Assembly: GCA_048882325.1 (NCBI GenBank)
Contig: JBHLRS010000031.1
Location: 1 to 33,177 of the forward strand
DNA: 33,177 nucleotides
Direction of reading: 5' to 3'
DNA from: Candidatus Thorarchaeota archaeon
Lineage (GTDB): Archaea > Asgardarchaeota > Thorarchaeia > Thorarchaeales > Thorarchaeaceae
A program made the position numbers and the translations under genes. Under the pieces are notes generated by a model. The model saw only the letters and a list, made by a program, of their open reading frames with translations, had not been told where the DNA came from and did no database searches. Shown here one piece after another: positions 25,143 to 33,177 of this stretch; position 1 is the first letter of the stretch, and every line of letters begins with the position of its first letter.

Positions 25143-26109
25143 CTGTGCTGTCAACATGATCAGCGAGAAGTTGAAGGAACTTTGGAAAGTCATTGATGTC
25201 CAAACTAGCGCCTGCAGCCGCGGGATGCCCACCACCGGAGCTACCCTCTAATCCTTTCAGAATGATATTGAGAGTCTTATTGAGGTCTACATTCGTTCCA
25301 CGTCGACGTATGCTCATGTCGATTTCATCGTCAGAGGACCTTGCACTTATACCGATTTTTGAGTCCGTAACATACGCTGAGAACTTTGCGCTCTTACCTC
25401 TATACCCGTTAATGGGCATGTCTAAGACATAGCCAACTGGGCCCAGCTTTCTTGCGTTTTGCTGTACGTATCTGAAGACTTCATGTTCGATTCTTGTTGC
25501 TTTGAGTGCAAGCGATACTATGTCATCCATGGAGCTGGGTTTAATTCCCATGGCTAGTTGATGCACCAAGTCCTTTGACTCTTTTCGATAATCAATCTCC
25601 TGAAGAGCTTGAACCAGAAGACCCGCCTCAAGATACAGTGTTCGTTTGTCAACATCATCAAAATGTTTCCTTGCAAAGGGTGTGTCATCACAATAATCAC
25701 CAATCGCGCCATAGAGGGCTAATCGACGTGCATATTCAGGAAGAGGTTGATTGAACTTTCGATAGACCAGCTCAGCTGCGCATGGACCTGTTTCATGGAA
25801 CAGATTGACTCGCTTGTCAAGTTCTCTTTGTTCCTTTGGAAACATTGGATGATGGTCTATCCAGTGAATCACTGTAGACTCAGGGAATCTGTCGAGAGCA
25901 CGGAGGAGTTCTTCGAACTTCTTTGAGTTGATAGCAATGTCACTGACATGTACAATGTCAGGTTTGTCCTTTGCAACACGATATAGATCTTGGTGTACCT
26001 GTGATGGTCGTGTGAAGTAGAAGTCAGAACCGGGAAAGACTAGTAGAGCAATTGCGCCAGAAACAATTCCATCAAGATCGCCATGAGTCAGGACAACACT
26101 CTTCGACAT
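25135..26109 (-). CDS. DHH/DHHA1 phosphoesterase (NrnA/RecJ-like); start 26109
   Basis: THGDLDG, SDIA, IDHH, GAIGD, GGGHPAAAGA. Confidence 0.93.
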   Translation of the reverse strand: MSKSVVLTHGDLDGIVSGAIALLVFPGSDFYFTRPSQVHQDLYRVAKDKPDIVHVSDIAINSKKFEELLRALDRFPESTVIHWIDHHPMFPKEQRELDKRVNLFHETGPCAAELVYRKFNQPLPEYARRLALYGAIGDYCDDTPFARKHFDDVDKRTLYLEAGLLVQALQEIDYRKESKDLVHQLAMGIKPSSMDDIVSLALKATRIEHEVFRYVQQNARKLGPVGYVLDMPINGYRGKSAKFSAYVTDSKIGISARSSDDEIDMSIRRRGTNVDLNKTLNIILKGLEGSSGGGHPAAAGASLDINDFPKFLQLLADHVDSTAR

Positions 26110-26132
26110 GGAGTATCCCACCATTGGCTGTA

Positions 26133-27518
26133 TTATTTGAATGCCTCTTCAAGAGCCTTGTCCCATTCATCTACTCCCGTTTCATCGCCCTTTCGTTTCT
26201 TCCGGGCTTTTGCACGAGCTTTACGGGCTTTTTCGGTTTCTCTTCTCTTCCTAGCCAGGTCCCTTTTGCGTTTCTTCTCAGCTTCTATCTCCTCTTTCGT
26301 GAGCTTCTCTTTCTCTACAACCTCACGGCGTGATATCCAACTAATGACAGCTGCAGTGAATGGGAATATACCAACTACCGGAACAAGGAAAAGCACGACA
26401 ATCTCAGGTTGGATCAGTTCAACACTATCTTGAATACCAATTGGAAGATTGAGGAGCATCTGAACCACATTGGGACTGATCAAGATGAATGATACTGCCA
26501 TAACTGTGAGAAAGCGAATTGCAGAACCTGTGATAGTAGACCCAATGACATAGGAAGAGGAGGGAGCTGCAGCTTTGGCGGTCAGTTCATCACGTGCTCT
26601 TGAGTCAGTGTGAAGCAGATCATCCACATAGATTTGAAGACGTCTGACATCTGAAACTGCGTCCAGACTCTCAAGTGCAGATTGGCCACCCATAACCTTC
26701 CGTTCCATCGCTTCTCTGAAGAAGGAGAACGCGGTGGCACCAGTTGAACGACTCATTCCAGTTGTGCTAACCTTCTCTCCACGTTCAATTGCATCCTGTT
26801 TTCGAGTGGCTTGACGGAGAGCAAGAAGCTGCTTCTTGAGGGTTTCCTCTCTGTCCTCTACAGGTTTTCCTACAGAATGGCTGTAGATCATCTGATAGCT
26901 TACTTCAAGATACGCAAAGGAAACAAGTGCAAGAATTTGACCCTGTGTTGTGAGGAACTCGAGGAAGTCAGCTGGTAACGGACTAATATCTGGAACGATT
27001 AGGGTGCGAAAAGCTGCAAGGATAACGATTGCTTGAATTGATAGGAAGGCACCACCGACAAATTTGTGGTCCATCCTAACGAGAGACTGCAAGAAGAGTG
27101 CAATACCAACTCCAGCGCAGAGGAAATAGAGGAACAGGAATGTGTTATTCCAGAGAGCCAATAACACCTCACTGAGGTTGACATAGAAATTCGCCCAGAC
27201 TTCTTGGATATTTGTCAGTGGATCAGATACGCCATAGGGCTGCATGTACCATGTTCTGAGAACAAGCGTATTGTAAAAGCCTACTATAATGTTCTCAGGG
27301 AGTGCACCACCTGCAAATGCACTGGCTAGACCACTAACCATCGTTGTAGCCAAGAAGAAGACTATCAATGACAACAGACGAAAAACTGTCACTACAAATG
27401 TGTAGGGTGCATTCCAATGCCAAATGTCGTTAGGGTCGAGAATTGAATAAACAAGATATGCCATGTATGAGAATGTGGCGATGGACGCGAGCCTCAGTAT
27501 CCATGTGACGACCTTCAA
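26133..27518 (-). CDS. Polytopic membrane protein of unknown family with a central soluble loop and a very basic C-terminal helix
   Basis: Multiple TM segments; tail EKKRKRDLARKRRETEKARKARAKARKKRKG; TTGA overlap with the DUF58 gene. Confidence 0.85.
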   Translation of the reverse strand: MKVVTWILRLASIATFSYMAYLVYSILDPNDIWHWNAPYTFVVTVFRLLSLIVFFLATTMVSGLASAFAGGALPENIIVGFYNTLVLRTWYMQPYGVSDPLTNIQEVWANFYVNLSEVLLALWNNTFLFLYFLCAGVGIALFLQSLVRMDHKFVGGAFLSIQAIVILAAFRTLIVPDISPLPADFLEFLTTQGQILALVSFAYLEVSYQMIYSHSVGKPVEDREETLKKQLLALRQATRKQDAIERGEKVSTTGMSRSTGATAFSFFREAMERKVMGGQSALESLDAVSDVRRLQIYVDDLLHTDSRARDELTAKAAAPSSSYVIGSTITGSAIRFLTVMAVSFILISPNVVQMLLNLPIGIQDSVELIQPEIVVLFLVPVVGIFPFTAAVISWISRREVVEKEKLTKEEIEAEKKRKRDLARKRRETEKARKARAKARKKRKGDETGVDEWDKALEEAFK

Positions 27519-28873
27519 AACATTGCCACCCCCCTTTGCTTTGCTTGTTCATAGGTTCGCATGATTGTTGGTAGAAAGTCTTCTGGACCGACATTGATAA
27601 CATTGATTCCAAAACGTGACAGGGCTCTGGCGATCTTGTTCCGACGCTCCCAAAGTTCCTCTGATACTGCCTCGGAGAGAACTTTCTCCACAGGTCCAAA
27701 CTGACCAACTGGAGCCTCGAACCATGGGCCAAATGGGCTGATAACAAGAGCCTTGTGGCCATTAGCTACCAAGGTCTTCATTGCATTGAGAAGGGGTGCT
27801 GGGCTCTCTTCGAGATCGGTCATCCATATGATGAGCGAGCGTTTCTTAGTCTGTGTAACAACATGAGCGATAGCGGTCTCATAGTCACTCCATCCCTTGG
27901 GCTCAGCCATTGCAAGAACCTCAAGGACATCATACATGTGACTAGGCCGAGAACCGGGTGGAACATATCCATGAACAATATCACTGAAAACACATGTACC
28001 CACTAGGTCTTTCCTCTCTTTTCCCAGGTATGTGAGAAGAACAGCCGCTCTGATTGCATATTCAAGCTTGGTATTCTCAGGATATCCATTACCCATGCTA
28101 CCACTTGTGTCAACCATACAGATGATCTGCACGTTCTTTTCTTGTTCCCACTGCTTGATCACCATGTCACCACGTTTAGCACTTGATTTCCAGTCGATGA
28201 GCCTGAATTCGTCACCGGGAACATACTCTCTGAATCCAGCAAAGTCCGTACCCATCCCAACTGTCTTGGTTCGATGGGCACCGAACATCAGACCAAGCTG
28301 TCTCTGCTTGGCAAAGGACTCAAGTCGACGGACATCTTTCCAAGTGGGATACACAAGAACCTCAGTCTGTTCCTTCAAGGTTCTTTTGTAATAGTGTAGA
28401 CCAAGTCGGTCGCGCATGATTACTTCTGTTGGTCCAAGATAGTATCGACCCCTCATGCGTGCTTGGAGAATGTAGGAGAATGTCATGCTGCTACCGGGTT
28501 CAATCCTAGAGGCAATGAAATTCTCTCCAATGGCAAGAATCCAAGTCTCCGGATACTGGTCATGAACCTCAATGAAGTCAAAATGACGACGGGAAACATT
28601 ACGAATTGTTACACGAACACGAATGAAGTCACCTGAGAAGACTTTTACCTTGTCAATCTCCCGATCAACTTCAATTCCCGCTAAATTGGCGGTCAGTGCA
28701 AAGAGAGGCAACGTGACAACTAGACCAATCACACAATAGACTCCTAAGAGAACGAGGTAGGTGTTGATGAAGGAAAATCCACTAGTCAATAGTAGAACTC
28801 CCGAGAATACTACCACAAAGCCTCTTTGCGTAATCAATTCATATCTTCCCCATCTAAATTGTGTCGTTAGCAA
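27515..28873 (-). CDS. DUF58 / vWA-domain protein
   Basis: N-terminal TMs, RGRYYLGP, VLVYP, DFAGFREYVPGDEFRLIDWKSSAK, MIDAS DTSGSM, TD. Confidence 0.94.
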   Translation of the reverse strand: MLTTQFRWGRYELITQRGFVVVFSGVLLLTSGFSFINTYLVLLGVYCVIGLVVTLPLFALTANLAGIEVDREIDKVKVFSGDFIRVRVTIRNVSRRHFDFIEVHDQYPETWILAIGENFIASRIEPGSSMTFSYILQARMRGRYYLGPTEVIMRDRLGLHYYKRTLKEQTEVLVYPTWKDVRRLESFAKQRQLGLMFGAHRTKTVGMGTDFAGFREYVPGDEFRLIDWKSSAKRGDMVIKQWEQEKNVQIICMVDTSGSMGNGYPENTKLEYAIRAAVLLTYLGKERKDLVGTCVFSDIVHGYVPPGSRPSHMYDVLEVLAMAEPKGWSDYETAIAHVVTQTKKRSLIIWMTDLEESPAPLLNAMKTLVANGHKALVISPFGPWFEAPVGQFGPVEKVLSEAVSEELWERRNKIARALSRFGINVINVGPEDFLPTIMRTYEQAKQRGVAMF

Positions 28874-29863
28874 TTACTTTGGACAATCAACTTCTCCGAG
28901 AATCTTTGATACAACACGACTCACTGTCAAACCTTCCAACTCAGCTTCAGGCTTGAGGATGAGTCTGTGATTCAAGGTTTGCACTGAGAGCTTACGTACA
29001 TCCTCAGGAACCACGTAATCCCTACCTTGCATCGCTGCACGGGTCTTTGAAGCATTCATGAGCACCAGTGATGCTCTTGGAGATCCCCCGAGTAGGATTT
29101 GCGGGTCGTTCCGTGTACGGACAACGATGTCACGGATGTAGTTAATGACATCCTCTTCGATGAATACAGTCCTGCATGTGTTCTGCATCCGAACCATAGC
29201 TGCTGGATCTGCGAGAACATTCAGGTCTGTTGCTTCACCAAGGTGTTTCCTGCGGACAATCTCAGCCTCCTCTTGGTCAGTGGGATAGTCGAGTACTAAA
29301 CGGAACATGAATCTGTCAAGTTGTGCCTCTGGTAGAGGATAGGTACCCTCTTGTTCAACCGGGTTCTGGGTAGCAATGATGAGGAATGGCTTAGGGAGTT
29401 TCCTGGTCACACCCTCGATTGATACCTGTCGTTCTTCCATTACCTCGAGTAATGCACTCTGTGACTTAGGAGGACATCTATTGATCTCGTCAGCCAGTAC
29501 AAGGTTCGAAAAGACTGGACCCTTTCGGAACCAGAACTCACCTGTTCGCTGATTGAACACATTGCTGCCCAGCAGGTCAGCAGGTAGTGTGTCCACTGTT
29601 AGCTGGATTCTTTTGAATGCACAGCCAAGAATTGAAGCAAATGTTCGAGCCATGTATGTCTTTGCAATCCCAGGTACTCCTTCAAGTACAACATGACCGT
29701 TGGAAAGAAATGCAACAAGGACATCTCTTAGGATGTCCTCCTTTCCCACGATAATGCGACTGCATTCTCGAATAATATCATCCGTGGTCTTATGCACCTC
29801 ATCTAACGACATGGTCGCGGAGGTGTCCATGGCCACGGTGTCGTTCGTTTCTTCTGTTGTCAT
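28874..29863 (-). CDS. moxR: MoxR family AAA+ ATPase
   Basis: GHVVLEGVPGIAKT, LADEINRCPPKSQSALLEVMEERQVS, ATQNPVEQEGTYPLPEAQLDRF, GGSPRA. Confidence 0.97.
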   Translation of the reverse strand: MTTEETNDTVAMDTSATMSLDEVHKTTDDIIRECSRIIVGKEDILRDVLVAFLSNGHVVLEGVPGIAKTYMARTFASILGCAFKRIQLTVDTLPADLLGSNVFNQRTGEFWFRKGPVFSNLVLADEINRCPPKSQSALLEVMEERQVSIEGVTRKLPKPFLIIATQNPVEQEGTYPLPEAQLDRFMFRLVLDYPTDQEEAEIVRRKHLGEATDLNVLADPAAMVRMQNTCRTVFIEEDVINYIRDIVVRTRNDPQILLGGSPRASLVLMNASKTRAAMQGRDYVVPEDVRKLSVQTLNHRLILKPEAELEGLTVSRVVSKILGEVDCPK

Positions 29864-29868
29864 ATTTT

Positions 29869-31272
29869 CTACCTCTTTCGTGTGTCTATCATATGTGATT
29901 GGATGTTTCGCATAAAGAAGAAGAGCTCCATCATCTCGCTCTCCTTAATTTCGATATTAGGATCAGCGGAAATCTCCTCGATCCTAGCTATGAACCTAAA
30001 GAATTCACTCTCTTTCAAATTCGGGTCCTTATAACGCATGATGTCCCAGACTTTTCTGGGGTTATAATCTGTCCATTGCTGTGTCTTTCGCAACCCACGT
30101 CTTAACCGACGATATAACATCTTCACTACTCTTGCATAGTTTCCCTCGGTTCGATAATACGCCATTCGTTCACTGAAGTATGTCTGGCCCCTTCGCAGGA
30201 AGACATCTGAAACACTCTTGACTTCTGGTTTCTTTATGTCTGGTAGGTATTTCCTGATGCCCAAAACCGTGATGAGTGGATATGCAGCAGATAGATAGGG
30301 AAGTGATGAGAGCCATAGGACTCGACCAAGATAAAGCCCGAAAAAGAACTCACTTTCCCACCAGGGAATCTCAAGAAGCTGTTCACAGAATAGAATGGGT
30401 TGGGAAGAATCTCCATGAGAGAGCCATTCGATTACGTTATCGCCAAATTGTCGATTACCAGAGAATCTACCCCACATATCATTATTGAACAAGCTTGGGT
30501 CACTGACAGCAACGATTCTTCCACCATTGGGAAATTCTGGTGTGGAAAGATCGATTGCGCCTACCACTGGGAGAGATCCACTTAGTTCATACGGATCTGG
30601 ATCTGGTGTCGGGTCTGTGATGTTTGTTTCACACCAGGACCTAGCGGTTGTCCAAGCAATGCCTCCTCTCCCTAAAAGACTATAGGGACTGATTGCTGAA
30701 GCCCAGTTGAGATGAAGTTCAGACACTCCAGCGGTGAGGGCTCCACCATCGACGCCTACTCTGAAGTCCCGGATGATGGGTAGTCTTGGCTCTTTGGTCG
30801 TGTCATATGAGTCCAAATCAAGAAGTACACCATCAACAAATGACAAAAGGCCCTTAGTCTGATTGTCAGGTATAAACGAGTTCATCAGGAAGTTCAAGAG
30901 AGCCAGTGATCTGTTTGCTGACCCAAAATCGTCTGCTATGAGTACACCACCACCGTTCATTAGGTGAGTGAATACAACTAATGCAGCATCAATGGTGAAG
31001 TCTCGAACCGGACCCATGATGATAATCACAGCAGACCCATTGTACCTACTGGCAACACTCATGCTTGCCTGAATTGACATCACATTTCGACCGTTGCTCT
31101 CAATGTTATTTGCGAATTGGCTGAGTCCGTCAAAATCCTCATTGTATATGGAGAAGTCATAGCCATAGCTAGACTGGGCTCCGACTAATGTACTCGTGGC
31201 TAGAATCCCCACTGGAACCCAAGCTAGAATAAAGAGGGTTACTTGCAGGATCTCTTTCCAGCCCATTCGCAT
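29869..31272 (-). CDS. DUF4350-domain membrane-anchored protein
   Basis: Signal/TM, FSIYNEDFDGLSQF, GGGVLIADDFG, GRIVAVSDPSLFNNDM...N..F..N, then a TM and cytoplasmic domain. Confidence 0.85.
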   Translation of the reverse strand: MRMGWKEILQVTLFILAWVPVGILATSTLVGAQSSYGYDFSIYNEDFDGLSQFANNIESNGRNVMSIQASMSVASRYNGSAVIIIMGPVRDFTIDAALVVFTHLMNGGGVLIADDFGSANRSLALLNFLMNSFIPDNQTKGLLSFVDGVLLDLDSYDTTKEPRLPIIRDFRVGVDGGALTAGVSELHLNWASAISPYSLLGRGGIAWTTARSWCETNITDPTPDPDPYELSGSLPVVGAIDLSTPEFPNGGRIVAVSDPSLFNNDMWGRFSGNRQFGDNVIEWLSHGDSSQPILFCEQLLEIPWWESEFFFGLYLGRVLWLSSLPYLSAAYPLITVLGIRKYLPDIKKPEVKSVSDVFLRRGQTYFSERMAYYRTEGNYARVVKMLYRRLRRGLRKTQQWTDYNPRKVWDIMRYKDPNLKESEFFRFIARIEEISADPNIEIKESEMMELFFFMRNIQSHMIDTRKR

Positions 31273-31284
31273 CTCTCCATATTT

Positions 31285-33177
31285 CTACTCTGCTACAGCT
31301 GGAGCACTTGTCGAATCGATTCTGGGATAGAGGTCTGTGAAGATGCGGACTGCTTCTTCATACCTCTCACGGGTCATTTCATGATGCGAGAAGCGAGCCT
31401 CTTCGTATGTCTGTACGAATTGTTCAACAGTCGCTCCATCAAGAGGGATTGTTTGTAGGACACGCTCCAGATATTCTCGAGCTGTCTCCGAATGAGTCCT
31501 CTCAGAACCCATCTTGTGGCCACACATCTGCTCGAAAGTACGATATGCCAGAGTGATAGAGGCACCGTATTTACCAGCATCTGCGAGCTTTTTGATGTTC
31601 CTGAGTTTAGTTGGAATATCAATTCCTCTTGTTATAATTGGACTGCGGAACATTCCTCTTACAATGTACAGATACGCCAGAACAGCGATGACTGCACCAA
31701 CGAGCAAGATACTTGCTATGAGTAAATCTGTTCCTTGCAATGGATTACCACCTGTTGTTTGTATATTGATTGTGAAAGGATTGGATTGTACACTTGCGAT
31801 ATCAAATGACACAAGCGTGACAGTGAATCTAATTATCGATCCGTCAGACTGACCAGCCACTTGATGCTGAAATGTTCCAGTTTCATCAACAAAGTAGGGA
31901 TACACAGCTGTGCCATTATAGTTCAGTCGGGCGGTCCGAAACATGATTGGCCGTCCATCCGGGTCCTGTAGTGAAACCTCTATGATGAACGGTTGATTGG
32001 GATCAACTCTTCTCGGAGTTGACGCAAATATTACATCTGTAAAGACATGAATTCCTTCATCTGAAAAGTATGAACTGGGGTTGATATACAATGCTCCATC
32101 ATAATCTGCAGTTATGTTGAAGATGCCATCACCCTCATCCCACGATAGTGGGACTGTGTATTGGAATGACATTCCACTGCCAACACTCAGTAAGACATCA
32201 CCCAGGTGTGTCGAACCAAGGTATAGTGAAACCGTTTCTGCATTGAGGTAGAAGCCATCATCATCTGCTAGCCGCACATCAACGGAGAATGTTTCTCCTG
32301 GCATGAGTGATTGAAGATTAGTGGAAACATAAACATCAGAGTCAATATAGACCAATATCAACCATGTTGTTGGGCCATTCCTCAATTCATGATAAGACGA
32401 TGAGAATCGAACACTAATTATGATTGAGCCTCGAGGTTGATTGTCAGCAATAGTAAGAGAGATTGTATAACTACCATCTCCAGCAGTGAAAGCAGTCGCT
32501 CCAGTTCCTCCACCATCCAGAGTCGCCTCGAGCATCAGGCTGTCGACACCAAATCCACCATCATTTAGGACATCACCTGTGATGATCAATGTTTCACCAC
32601 GGCTAACACGATTGTCCACTGGCTCTGCGTCCATGAAGATATCGACTCGTTCAAGGACTGTGACTGAATTGAATAGCTCGGATGTGTCCGCCGTACCCCA
32701 TGCAATGGTTGGAGGTTCGAATAATGCATATCCCGAGAATATCCCTGGGTCAACACTGTAGGGCACGTTGTGAACGTAGCTGAATGCACCCAACGCGGGA
32801 TCGGTGATTGTGATTGTTGTAAGATGAGTTCCGCCCCACCAGATTTGAATATCGTACCCCACCATTGGTGTGCCATTAATGAACTGAAGTGTACCCGAGA
32901 AGGTCACGGTGCCACCCAAATATGTCAGAGTGGTATCAACACCTGTTGTAATAGAAGCTCTATAGATATCGACCGTGACTGAAATTACAGGAGACTCTCC
33001 AAATGTAGCGAATCCAGAGGGGTCAATATAGCCCCAGACATGCTGAACATACGTAAGCAGTCCGATGTCATCTGGAACTTCAAAATTGATTGTGAATCCT
33101 CCGGTTCCATCGGTGAGATAGTCATTCACTATGACCTGATTCGTTCCAAAGTAATCGCCCCAATAGATGTCAAGTGG
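31285..33177 (-). CDS. Large Ig-like repeat surface protein with C-terminal TM and cytoplasmic DUF4129 domain; 5' end lies beyond the right edge
   Basis: Frame is open to the window edge (PLDIYWGDYFG...); beta-rich TDGxGxF repeats; TM; SETAREY...YEEARFS. Confidence 0.88.
   Translation of the reverse strand, partial: PLDIYWGDYFGTNQVIVNDYLTDGTGGFTINFEVPDDIGLLTYVQHVWGYIDPSGFATFGESPVISVTVDIYRASITTGVDTTLTYLGGTVTFSGTLQFINGTPMVGYDIQIWWGGTHLTTITITDPALGAFSYVHNVPYSVDPGIFSGYALFEPPTIAWGTADTSELFNSVTVLERVDIFMDAEPVDNRVSRGETLIITGDVLNDGGFGVDSLMLEATLDGGGTGATAFTAGDGSYTISLTIADNQPRGSIIISVRFSSSYHELRNGPTTWLILVYIDSDVYVSTNLQSLMPGETFSVDVRLADDDGFYLNAETVSLYLGSTHLGDVLLSVGSGMSFQYTVPLSWDEGDGIFNITADYDGALYINPSSYFSDEGIHVFTDVIFASTPRRVDPNQPFIIEVSLQDPDGRPIMFRTARLNYNGTAVYPYFVDETGTFQHQVAGQSDGSIIRFTVTLVSFDIASVQSNPFTINIQTTGGNPLQGTDLLIASILLVGAVIAVLAYLYIVRGMFRSPIITRGIDIPTKLRNIKKLADAGKYGASITLAYRTFEQMCGHKMGSERTHSETAREYLERVLQTIPLDGATVEQFVQTYEEARFSHHEMTRERYEEAVRIFTDLYPRIDSTSAPAVAE

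Noticed and set aside
1-33177. CRISPR arrays, transposases, integrases, rRNA/tRNA genes
   Set aside because: No regularly spaced repeats, recombinase or transposase motifs, or conserved RNA-gene signatures seen; nearly all of the sequence is accounted for by coding genes

Overview
Gene-dense archaeal chromosome segment, most likely from an Asgard archaeon of the Thorarchaeia. This assignment is an inference from the two tandem profilin-like genes, the short 'IDLxPL' LRR protein, GGTGA/GGAGG Shine-Dalgarno sites and BRE/TATA promoters. From left to right it contains: a partial K+-independent membrane pyrophosphatase (hppA); hypothetical proteins and an LRR protein; a membrane-anchored M14 carboxypeptidase; a TIGR04076-ferredoxin-AOR-flavodoxin cluster; a Cys-rich thioredoxin-fold protein; a Holliday-resolvase-like nuclease; an M42 aminopeptidase; NfeD; an MFS transporter; an ABC-2 exporter divergent from wHTH and TrmB regulators; a Trm112-methyltransferase fusion; an ArsR-like regulator; two profilins; YggU; an OPT transporter with a duplicated N-terminal module; and a DUF4129/DUF4350/MoxR/DUF58/membrane protein/DHH operon that runs off the right edge. 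The most striking element not on the ORF track is a minus-strand micro-operon (19825-20200) with its own BRE/TATA promoter and terminal hairpin. It encodes 35-, 29- and possibly 38-aa peptides, two of which share the C-terminal motif TDAIxxxYxYR. Other unannotated signals are a TGTCAC-N7-GT(G/A)ACA palindrome found twice near trmB, large RNA stems on both sides of an orphan gene, and a probable ATC start codon. No rRNA, tRNA, CRISPR array or transposase was seen. All family assignments come from motif recognition by eye, not database searches.
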